Positions 37,708 through 45,252 of a DNA stretch of 56,156 nucleotides are shown here, piece by piece. Source of the DNA: a virus (Duplodnaviria > Caudoviricetes). The DNA lies in IMG/VR virus record IMGVR_UViG_3300045932_000155, positions 1-56,156 of that record; one strand, 5' to 3'. Position 1 is the first letter of the stretch; the number at the start of each line of letters is the position of its first letter. The position numbers and the translations under genes are program-made. The notes under the pieces were generated by a model. The model saw nothing but the letters and a program-made list of their open reading frames with translations. It did no database searches and had not been told where the DNA came from.

Positions 37708-38263
37708 AGGCGGCAAATACAAGGCCCTCAAGGGCAAGATCCCGGTGCAGCCGTCCGAGCGGGACGAGGCCATCTCGGCAGCCATCAAGGAGCGGGAGGG
37801 CAAGTCCCACACCGAACTGATGGAGGAGTTGAACGCGCTCGAACCGAAGATCGCGGAGAAGGCCGCCGAGTTGAAGGCCCTGAACACGACCTACGACGCG
37901 CTCGACATCATGATCCGAGAGCGGCTGGAAGGCCTGAACGTCGATGGCGTCAAGGCCCACGGGTTCACGTGGTCCAAGAACGTCGAGCCCTTCCCCGTCG
38001 TTCGGGCTGCCGACGTGGAGCAGATCGTGCAATACTTCCGCGACAATGGCATGGAGGACCAGTTGGCCCTGAAGGCCAGCGAGATCGCGGGACGCCTCAA
38101 GACCTTCGTGAAGGAAGAGGCACTCGCAGGCGAGTTCGAGATCGAAGAGGTGGAGGTGCCCGATCCGGAGACCGGCGGGACCAAGACCATCAGTGAGGTG
38201 CGGAGCAAGATCCCGGGGGTCCGCATCTTCCTGAGCGAAAAACTCTCCCGGACCAAGTCCTAA
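37697..38263 (+). CDS. Coiled-coil phage replication/recombination-associated protein
   Basis: SD GAGGAGG; coiled coil then LKTFVKE...IPGV; precedes the SSB-like gene. Confidence 0.6.
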   Translation: MAGKGGKYKALKGKIPVQPSERDEAISAAIKEREGKSHTELMEELNALEPKIAEKAAELKALNTTYDALDIMIRERLEGLNVDGVKAHGFTWSKNVEPFPVVRAADVEQIVQYFRDNGMEDQLALKASEIAGRLKTFVKEEALAGEFEIEEVEVPDPETGGTKTISEVRSKIPGVRIFLSEKLSRTKS

Positions 38264-38276
38264 AAGGAGGACACGT

Positions 38277-39041
38277 ATGGCTCGACAGACCCCGGCCGCC
38301 GTGGCTGAAAAGCCCACGACGGCGCTCACCGTTCCGCAGGGCCAGCAGGCGCTGGCTGTCGCGGACGGATTCACGAAGGAAGACCGGCGCGGCAAAGAGA
38401 GCATCGACTCGAAAGACGTGGTGCTCCCGTTCCTCGCCATCGCGCAGAAGACGTCCCCGCAACTGGAGCCCGGCGACAAGTTCATCGAGGGGCTCAAGTT
38501 CACGGACCTCTTCAACTCGCTCACCGGCGAGATCTACGGCCAGCCGGTGAGGTTCATCCCCATCGCGCTCAAGAAGCACGCCATCGAGTTCAACCCCTAC
38601 GACGAGGGGGGCGGCATCAAGGACCGCGATGTCCCGTGGGACGACCCGCGCTGCGAGTTCACCGACGACGAGAAGCCCCTCGCCACCCGCTTCTACGACT
38701 GGGTGGTTCTGCTGGTCCCGAGCATGGAGATCATCGTGCTCTCCATGAAGTCCTCGAACATCTCGGTGGCGAAGCAGTTCCAGCAGATCATCAAAATGCG
38801 GAGCGGGCCGGTGTTCGCAGGCCTCTACACCGTGGGCACGGTGTCGGCCAAGAACAAGTTCGGCTCCTTCGGGAAGTTCGTCATCAAGCCCGCCGGTGCG
38901 CCGACGCCGGAGGACGCGCAGTTCGCCTCCTCGCTCTACGACAGCCTGCAGGGGAAGAACATCGTCGTCGATCATCAGGCCGAGCCGGAAGACGGCGGTG
39001 GCCGTCAGCCGGGCGACGAACCCGCCGACCCCGAGATGTAG
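38277..39041 (+). CDS. Putative single-stranded DNA-binding protein
   Basis: DVVLPFL.I.Q..SP, FNSLTGE, LSMKSS motifs; acidic C-tail; strong SD; replication context. Confidence 0.6.
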   Translation: MARQTPAAVAEKPTTALTVPQGQQALAVADGFTKEDRRGKESIDSKDVVLPFLAIAQKTSPQLEPGDKFIEGLKFTDLFNSLTGEIYGQPVRFIPIALKKHAIEFNPYDEGGGIKDRDVPWDDPRCEFTDDEKPLATRFYDWVVLLVPSMEIIVLSMKSSNISVAKQFQQIIKMRSGPVFAGLYTVGTVSAKNKFGSFGKFVIKPAGAPTPEDAQFASSLYDSLQGKNIVVDHQAEPEDGGGRQPGDEPADPEM

Positions 39042-39050
39042 TCCGCAAGA

Positions 39051-39090
39051 CCACGGCCGGTCCCGCCCGGGATCGGCCGTGGGTTCTCTT
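39051..39090 (+). terminator. Terminator-like hairpin after the SSB-like gene
   Basis: CCACGGCCGGTCCC / GGGATCGGCCGTGG followed by GTTCTCTT. Confidence 0.6.
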
Positions 39091-39107
39091 CGAAAAGGAG
39101 CCACTTT

Positions 39108-40226
39108 GTGCCGAAAATCACGCTGATTCACGGAGATAGCATCGAGCGCCTGAACGCCACGGGAGGCTTCAGAGACGACGAGGGCAATCTCATGGAAGCG
39201 CCCTCGCGCCGCGCCGACGCCTGCGTCACCGATCCGCCCTACGGCTTCGACTTCTCCGGCGGGGCGGGCAAGGACTGGGACACGTTCAAAGACACGGACC
39301 TCGGCGGCAAGTTCGCTTCGACCGCCGATGACTCTCGACAGTTCGAGGATTTCACCCGGAAGTGGTCCTACGGACTCCTGAAGAATTCACTCAAGCCCGG
39401 ATCGCATCTGCTGGCGTTCACGGCGCTCCGCACCATCGGCCCTGTCCACTTCGGCCTGCTGGAGGCAGGCTACGACATCCCTCGCGTCATGATGTGGCTC
39501 TACGCCACGGGTCAGGTGAAGAACCCGACCGACCTGCGCCCGGGCGGGGAGCCGATCTTCGTCGGCCGTGTGCCGACAGACAAGCCCCTCGGGGCCCTGT
39601 TCAAGAAGGAAGGCCGGGGCCAACTCCACGCGCAGGAGTGGAAGAAGGAGGACGGCAAGCACCCCACCGACGTGCTGATGGACCAGAGCCTCGTGGACGG
39701 CTACGAGGAGGTGCGGGCCATCGTCGAGAAGTATCCCGGGACGTTCTTCGTGTCGAAGCCCTCCGCGAAGGAGCGGGACTACGGATGCGACGGCCTCGAC
39801 ATCGAGGCGACGTTCTCGTCGAACCTCGCCAGCGGGCAGTTCCGGAGCGACTGCAAGGACTGCGGCAAGAGCCGGAAGCTCTCCTTCAAGACGTCCAAGT
39901 GCCACGAGTGCGGCGGGAAGAACATCACCCTGACCGAGATCGAGAAGCAGGAGGACGACCGGAAGAACGTCCACCCCACCGTGAAGCCCGTCGATCTGAT
40001 GCGCCGGATGATCCGGCTCGTCTCCCGGCCGGGTCACACGATCATCGACCCGTTCATGGGGTCCGGCACCACGGGGGTGGCCGCCGTGCTGGAGGGACGG
40101 AACTTCATCGGGATCGAGAGGGAGGCCGACTACCTCAAGATCTGCTGCGCCCGGATCGGGCAGGCGCTCATCGACTCGGGGGACGCCGAGCAGGGGCAGG
40201 CCCTGCGGGCGCGTGCGGGGCTGTGA
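39108..40226 (+). CDS. DNA methyltransferase (N4-C/N6-A, beta class) with a zinc-ribbon insertion
   Basis: GDS, TDPPY, HPTVKP, IDPFMGSGTT, FIGIE; CKDC...CHEC insert. Confidence 0.9.
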   Translation: MPKITLIHGDSIERLNATGGFRDDEGNLMEAPSRRADACVTDPPYGFDFSGGAGKDWDTFKDTDLGGKFASTADDSRQFEDFTRKWSYGLLKNSLKPGSHLLAFTALRTIGPVHFGLLEAGYDIPRVMMWLYATGQVKNPTDLRPGGEPIFVGRVPTDKPLGALFKKEGRGQLHAQEWKKEDGKHPTDVLMDQSLVDGYEEVRAIVEKYPGTFFVSKPSAKERDYGCDGLDIEATFSSNLASGQFRSDCKDCGKSRKLSFKTSKCHECGGKNITLTEIEKQEDDRKNVHPTVKPVDLMRRMIRLVSRPGHTIIDPFMGSGTTGVAAVLEGRNFIGIEREADYLKICCARIGQALIDSGDAEQGQALRARAGL

Positions 40227-40474
40227 GGATCTACCTCGTGTTCCTCGGCGGCCCCAACACCGAGCGCGTCTACGACGTGACTCTGAACTTCGGCACGGCT
40301 CTTGCATCGGTCCGTGCGCTGATGGCCGCGCACGGGGTCCCGGAGGACCGATGGGTTCGGGCCCGGCACGACCGACAGGAGTGGTATTACCACGGGCGGA
40401 ACATTCGGATCGACCCGTGGCGCATCGGACCATCGGAATCGCTCGACAGGCAGACGAACGTCAGGGTAAGATAG
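40223..40474 (+). CDS. Hypothetical protein
   Basis: GTGA-coupled start. Confidence 0.4.
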   Translation: MRIYLVFLGGPNTERVYDVTLNFGTALASVRALMAAHGVPEDRWVRARHDRQEWYYHGRNIRIDPWRIGPSESLDRQTNVRVR

Positions 40475-40476
40475 GT

Positions 40477-40584
40477 TTGCATCCGGGGAAGTGAAAGCAC
40501 CACCCGGTTTCAGTGGAGACGCCGTAAAAGCGGCACACCACCCCAATCGTTCGGGAAGCGCGTGAGACTCGCGCCGGGATGCAA
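40477..40584 (+). ncRNA. Candidate structured RNA (multibranch, T-loop-like arm)
   Basis: TTGCATCC/GGATGCAA closing stem enclosing several hairpins in an intergenic gap. Confidence 0.45.
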
Positions 40585-40601
40585 CGTTTGAAGGAGACCA
40601 G

Positions 40602-41318
40602 ATGAAGGCAGTGCCCATTACCGTCTACCTCCCCGATACTCGTGGCGTGGAGATCTCCCGCTACGGGATGGGCAACCTCAAGATCGGGCTCGACGTCTTC
40701 ACCTACTCCCGGCTGCCGGGAGGCACCAGCGGCTTCCTGAACGCCCTCGGGACCTGCCCCGGCGCGACCGTCGAGTGCGAGGACATCTGCTACGCCAAGC
40801 GGATCTCCGGGGCCGTGCGCGAGGTCTACCAGCGGAACAGCAGCGGCAACGACGTCCCGCCGATCCCGGAAGCCTGCAAGATCCTGCGCCTGCACGTCTC
40901 CGGCGACTTCGACTCGGTCATCTACATCGAGAACTGGATCGAGCGGATCACGGCGCGACCGGACGTGATGGTGTGGGCCTACACCCGAAGCTGGCGCGTG
41001 CCCTCGCTGCTCCCGGCGCTGGAACGCCTGCGGGCGCTGCCCAACGTGCAGCTGTTCGCGTCGATGGACCCGAGCACGAAGGACGCGCCGCCTGCCGGGT
41101 GGCGTCGTTCGTGGATTCACCGCAACGAACCCAAGGGCGGTTGGCCGATGGAGCAGCGGCTGCGCGTGCAGGAGCGGCAGGGCCGCCTCATCATGCGGGC
41201 CGTGGATGGCGTTCCGGCCTTCGTGTGCCCCGAGGAGACGGGCGAGAAGCCCAACTGTATCTCCTGCGGTTACTGCTTCGAGGGCCGCCGGAACGACGTC
41301 GTGTTTCTGGAACACTGA
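40602..41318 (+). CDS. Gene product 88-like (Fe-S/radical-SAM-related) protein
   Basis: GN.KIG, TCPGA...C...CYA, RLHVSGDF, WAYTRSW, FASMD, CPE......C..C..C. Confidence 0.75.
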   Translation: MKAVPITVYLPDTRGVEISRYGMGNLKIGLDVFTYSRLPGGTSGFLNALGTCPGATVECEDICYAKRISGAVREVYQRNSSGNDVPPIPEACKILRLHVSGDFDSVIYIENWIERITARPDVMVWAYTRSWRVPSLLPALERLRALPNVQLFASMDPSTKDAPPAGWRRSWIHRNEPKGGWPMEQRLRVQERQGRLIMRAVDGVPAFVCPEETGEKPNCISCGYCFEGRRNDVVFLEH

Positions 41319-41328
41319 GGAGGATCTG

Positions 41329-41646
41329 ATGGCGAGACGAAGCTACCGGTCGATTCCCAACCCCACGGAGGGGCGGACCTTTCTGACGATCCATGAGCCC
41401 GGCGACCTGTCGCCCGAGCAGACGGGATACGTCGTGGCCGTGGGCGGCAAGGGCGTGGGCCGGGCGGCCACACTGGTGGACGCGCAGGCGCTGCTGCTCG
41501 ATCAGGCCAAGCTGAAGTGCCAAGCCGAGATCGGGGAGGCGCAGCGGGTCCTGCAGCATTTCCAAGGGGAACTGCAGCGGCTGAACACTGGCGGCCTTGG
41601 CGCGGAAGTGCCGGGCACCGACACGCAGACGCTGGCCGGGCGATGA
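41329..41646 (+). CDS. Hypothetical protein
   Basis: SD GAGGAGG. Confidence 0.55.
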   Translation: MARRSYRSIPNPTEGRTFLTIHEPGDLSPEQTGYVVAVGGKGVGRAATLVDAQALLLDQAKLKCQAEIGEAQRVLQHFQGELQRLNTGGLGAEVPGTDTQTLAGR

Positions 41647-41837
41647 ACGCGGCAGCAGCCGGAGCCGTCGCAGCGGCGGCATCGCATGCCCACCGCAACC
41701 GCAGCGGGCCGAATAACTTCGACCCGAGTCCGGAGTTCGTGTTCTGGTTCGTGGGGGTCATTGGCGTCATCTGTCTGCTCTCTTTCGGATGGGCGTGGCT
41801 GCAGATGCGCCGCAACCCCAACGGGAGGAAGGCGTGA
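41643..41837 (+). CDS. Small membrane protein
   Basis: Coupled start; one TM segment. Confidence 0.5.
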   Translation: MNAAAAGAVAAAASHAHRNRSGPNNFDPSPEFVFWFVGVIGVICLLSFGWAWLQMRRNPNGRKA

Positions 41838-42040
41838 ACCCCCCGCCCTGCAAGCCCGGCAAGGAGCACACGTGGGAGCCGCTTGAGCGCTGCTCCTGCT
41901 GCGGGTTCCTTCGCGCTGATTGCCGAATGGCCAAGCTCATGGCCCTCGAACTGACCGAGGGCAGCGTCAGTCAGATGGACGGAGACGAGGCGTTCCGCCA
42001 TCTGCTCAAGGTCGCCTCCATTCTCGAAGGAGTGAAGTAA
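41834..42040 (+). CDS. Small Cys-rich hypothetical protein
   Basis: SD GGAGG; coupled start. Confidence 0.5.
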   Translation: MNPPPCKPGKEHTWEPLERCSCCGFLRADCRMAKLMALELTEGSVSQMDGDEAFRHLLKVASILEGVK

Positions 42041-42225
42041 TGCTCGAATACAAAGTCGTGACCCTCAATCCCATCGTGGACCACGAGGGCGTGTCCCTGA
42101 AGCTGACCAACGAGGGGAGGGAAGGGTGGAAAGTCGTCGCGGCAACCCTGCTGCCCAACAGCAACGAGATCTGCTACCTGCTGCAGCGGCCTCTCGCGGC
42201 CACTCCCGCCGGAGCGAAGGAGTAG
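42040..42225 (+). CDS. DUF4177-like small protein
   Basis: EYKVV...L...GREGW.VV...YLLQRP. Confidence 0.6.
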   Translation: MLEYKVVTLNPIVDHEGVSLKLTNEGREGWKVVAATLLPNSNEICYLLQRPLAATPAGAKE

Positions 42226-42227
42226 TC

Positions 42228-42530
42228 ATGGGGGCGGTCATCACCGGCATCCTCGGGATCGTCCTGATCGTGTTCGGGATCGCCACGCTCGTCGTGGCGG
42301 GCCTGACCCGGTCGTATCTCTCGACCACGACGCGACGGGTGCTCTTCTTCTGCCTCGTCGTCGGAGTCCTGCTGGCGATGGCCGCCATCGTGCTCGAACC
42401 TCTCCCGCCAAAGCCTGTCGCCACGCGACAGGTCTGCGTGATGGAGTTGATCGGACCCAACGTCGTCACGCTCGATTGTGTGCAGGTCCCGGCCACCGAA
42501 GAGGCCAAGAATGGAGGATTGAAGTCATGA
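42228..42530 (+). CDS. Two-TM membrane protein
   Basis: SD AAGGAG; two hydrophobic segments. Confidence 0.55.
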   Translation: MGAVITGILGIVLIVFGIATLVVAGLTRSYLSTTTRRVLFFCLVVGVLLAMAAIVLEPLPPKPVATRQVCVMELIGPNVVTLDCVQVPATEEAKNGGLKS

Positions 42531-42922
42531 ACAAACCATCCGATACGTCCCCGCGCCGGGTGCTGCAGGTCGGAGGCAGCAGCCGGGCGAACACCATCAA
42601 GAACCTGCTGCTCAAGACGATCCAGCAGCCGAAGGCCGTGGGCCAGTTGGTCAGGGCCAAATACACCGAAGCCAAGGCCGAACTCGCCGGGCAGGCAGTC
42701 ACCCGGGGCCGCCTCCTGCGGGCCCTGAAGGACGTCCAGCCCGGGCTGCTCCGCCCGCGCCGCTCGTCCGGCGCTCCGGAGCCCACCAGCGTGGTGATCC
42801 GCGACATGCGCGGACGGCCGATGGTCTACTTCACGGACGGCAGCCTGCGCCACGTCATGGGCTACAAGCCCACGAGGGCCGAGCGCCGGGCTGCCAAGAC
42901 GGCTCGACGAAAGGCTTCGTAG
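42527..42922 (+). CDS. Basic hypothetical protein
   Basis: SD GGAGG; coupled start. Confidence 0.55.
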   Translation: MNKPSDTSPRRVLQVGGSSRANTIKNLLLKTIQQPKAVGQLVRAKYTEAKAELAGQAVTRGRLLRALKDVQPGLLRPRRSSGAPEPTSVVIRDMRGRPMVYFTDGSLRHVMGYKPTRAERRAAKTARRKAS

Positions 42923-43042
42923 ACATCCAAGGGTGCGGAGGTTCCCCGCCCGGGCCCGAGGGTGGGTTACCCGGGCAGGCACGGCACCCTCACGACGTGG
43001 TCGGCGTCGTGTTTGCCTGCCCGGGATTGGGCCGCTCGATGT
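42923..43042 (+). ncRNA. Candidate structured RNA / leader of the cold-shock-like gene
   Basis: 12-bp perfect stem 42970-42981/43014-43025, inner 7-bp stem, outer short stems. Confidence 0.45.
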
Positions 43043-43075
43043 GCTAGACTTTGATCGAAGGAATGGAGGAGAGGA

Positions 43076-43384
43076 ATGCAGGGACGGATCAGTCGCATCG
43101 TCAAACCAGTTCGTGATCCCCAAGGCGGCCACTTCGTGCGCGGTGGCTTCGGCTTCCTGATCGACGAGGACGGCCAGAGCAGGTTCTTCCACGCCCACGA
43201 CGTCGAGGGGCTGATCGTCAGCAAGGAGAACGAGTTCCTTGTGCCCCTGACGCCCCTGCAGAGGGTCACGTTGGCCCCGGGACAGCACGTCGAGTTCGAA
43301 CCCTACGAGGAGCCCAAGAGCACCGACAGGAACGGCCGGACCACCGGCGGCCTGCGGGCAGCCCACGTTCGGGTGACCCCATGA
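43076..43384 (+). CDS. Cold-shock-domain (OB-fold) protein
   Basis: MQG.I, GFGFL, FFH (RNP1/RNP2-like), GQHVEFE, GLRAAHV. Confidence 0.75.
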   Translation: MQGRISRIVKPVRDPQGGHFVRGGFGFLIDEDGQSRFFHAHDVEGLIVSKENEFLVPLTPLQRVTLAPGQHVEFEPYEEPKSTDRNGRTTGGLRAAHVRVTP

Positions 43385-44106
43385 ACCCCATCACGATCCG
43401 CACCTATACGGGGCGGGTCATCGACCTCAGCAACCTGAAGGTTGAGGAAGTCGATATCCGAGACATCGCCCGGGGCCTCTCGAATTGTTGCAGGTTTGCC
43501 GGGCAAATCCCCCAGTTTTACTCGGTCGGGCAGCACGCGATGCTCGTCTCCATGCTCGTGCCGATGGAGTTGGCGCTCCACGCGCTGCACCACGACGACT
43601 CGGAAGCCTACCTCGGGGACGTGAGCCGGAACCTGAAGCACTCGGATTCCATGAAAGGCTACCGGGACATCGAGGCGCAGGTGACTTCCACCATCGAGTT
43701 CGCCCTCGGGCTCCCTCTGATCAGCGAACAGGACCACCGGACAATCAAGGCGGCCGACGACCTCGCTGCGATCATCGAGCACATCAACCTGCGCCACAAC
43801 AGGCTCTTCGTGCCCGACGACGTGCGGGCTGCGGTCGAGTGCGGCTTCGTTCGCACCTCGGAGGCCGACCTGATGGCGCTCGTCGGCCGGGCTTGGCGCG
43901 GGATCGTCGAGGACGAGCCCAAGCAGGTCTACAAGGACTTCCTCAAGAGGGACGCCGACTTCCGCGACCCGAAGCTCCTGCAGGGAGCCCTCGTCTGCCC
44001 CAAGTGCGGACAGAAGGCCCTGAAGGTGGACGCCGGGTTCCTCTGCACGTCTGAAAGCTGCGTTCACTGCGGTTACGGCAACAGCGACATGGGGTTCTCT
44101 TTATGA
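43381..44106 (+). CDS. HD-domain 5'-deoxynucleotidase-like protein with a C-terminal zinc ribbon
   Basis: DIARGLS..CRFAG...FYSVGQH, ALHHDDSEAYLGD, IKAAD; CPKC...C. Confidence 0.85.
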   Translation: MNPITIRTYTGRVIDLSNLKVEEVDIRDIARGLSNCCRFAGQIPQFYSVGQHAMLVSMLVPMELALHALHHDDSEAYLGDVSRNLKHSDSMKGYRDIEAQVTSTIEFALGLPLISEQDHRTIKAADDLAAIIEHINLRHNRLFVPDDVRAAVECGFVRTSEADLMALVGRAWRGIVEDEPKQVYKDFLKRDADFRDPKLLQGALVCPKCGQKALKVDAGFLCTSESCVHCGYGNSDMGFSL

Positions 44107-44363
44107 TCGTCGTCACCGTCCAACTCGTAAGCGCCATCACCGGCAAGACCACCACACTCGGGCAGGCGCTGATCTCCAACGACGGCACCGGCACGCAGGC
44201 TTCGGGCAACTATCGAGCAGCCTTCGGCCGCAAAGGGCAGGAGGGCCATCACATCTTCGTGAAGCCCGCCCGTCGATCCGTGGTCACCGGCTTCCCACGG
44301 CTTCGACTGAACGTGTGGCACTTGCTGAAGCTCGCTCTCGACAACGCAGGATACGGACGATGA
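44103..44363 (+). CDS. Hypothetical protein
   Basis: Coupled start; ISNDGTG...GNY...FPR...NVW.L. Confidence 0.6.
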   Translation: MIVVTVQLVSAITGKTTTLGQALISNDGTGTQASGNYRAAFGRKGQEGHHIFVKPARRSVVTGFPRLRLNVWHLLKLALDNAGYGR

Positions 44364-44923
44364 CGATCTGGATCACGAGCGATACTCACTTCGGGCACGC
44401 CCGCATGGTCACCGACTTCAAATTGGCGGACGGCAGCCCGGCGCGGAACTTCGAGTCCGTCGAGGAGATGGACGAGACGATGATCGAGCGCTGGAACGAA
44501 GTGGTGCGTCCGCAGGACAAGATCTACCACCTCGGGGACGTCGCCATGCGCCAGCAGGACATCGACCGCGTGATGCCCCGGCTGAACGGCCACAAAAGGC
44601 TGGTGCGGGGCAACCACGACATCTTCCGGACGAAGCTGTATGCCCGCTACTTCGAGGAGATCATGGGGATGCGCGTGCTGAACCACCTGATCTTCACGCA
44701 CGTGCCTATCGCTCCGTGGAGCCAAGGGAGTCAGCACGCGAACGTCCACGGGCACGTGCATCAGAACCTGCCGCGCCTCTACGAAGTCCCGAGGGGGCTC
44801 AAGGACCCGGAGGGCGGGGGACCGCCCGCCGTCTACGTCAACGTCTGCACCGAGATGACCGACTACAGGCCCGTCACGCTGGAAGAGATCAGCGGATGGG
44901 TCAAGCAGTGGAGGGAACGGTGA
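44360..44923 (+). CDS. Calcineurin-like metallophosphoesterase
   Basis: TSDTHFGH, YHLGD, RGNHD, THVP, VHGHVH. Confidence 0.9.
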   Translation: MTIWITSDTHFGHARMVTDFKLADGSPARNFESVEEMDETMIERWNEVVRPQDKIYHLGDVAMRQQDIDRVMPRLNGHKRLVRGNHDIFRTKLYARYFEEIMGMRVLNHLIFTHVPIAPWSQGSQHANVHGHVHQNLPRLYEVPRGLKDPEGGGPPAVYVNVCTEMTDYRPVTLEEISGWVKQWRER

Positions 44924-45252
44924 GACGCCTCTGCGTGTTCTACAAGCACGCCCACCGATTCCTCGGCAAGCCCTCGGGCCCGGCCCGGCGGCCCATCGAG
45001 TGGATCGTCTGTAAGGGCTGCCAGCGAAAGCTCCAGCAGGGCGTGAGGCTCACGACGCAGTTCGAACCGTCGTGGCAGGAACTGGCCAAGGAGACCGTCG
45101 AGGCCGCCGAGAGATCCACTGACCCACGTCCCTGCGCCATCTGCCTCGGACGACAGGGTGACAAGATTCATGACCCGGGATACTGCGGGCCCCGCCCGCA
45201 CCCCTACGTGCCACAGGGACCACTGCACCTGCCGAAAAGGAGCAAGCGGTGA
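44920..45252 (+). CDS. Cys/His-rich hypothetical protein
   Basis: GTGA-coupled start; CKGC, CAIC. Confidence 0.45.
   Translation: MRRLCVFYKHAHRFLGKPSGPARRPIEWIVCKGCQRKLQQGVRLTTQFEPSWQELAKETVEAAERSTDPRPCAICLGRQGDKIHDPGYCGPRPHPYVPQGPLHLPKRSKR

Noticed and set aside
40477-40584. Canonical tRNA gene
   Set aside because: No proper D-arm, anticodon loop, TTC T-loop or CCA; kept only as a candidate structured RNA
43002-43017. CGGCGTCGTGTTTGCC as a sigma54 promoter for the cold-shock gene
   Set aside because: Only GG-N10-GC matches, and the bases are explained by the RNA stem
43381-44106. DatZ of a 2-aminoadenine (Z) genome system
   Set aside because: No PurZ or MazZ homologue recognised in the window; HD nucleotidases are common in phages
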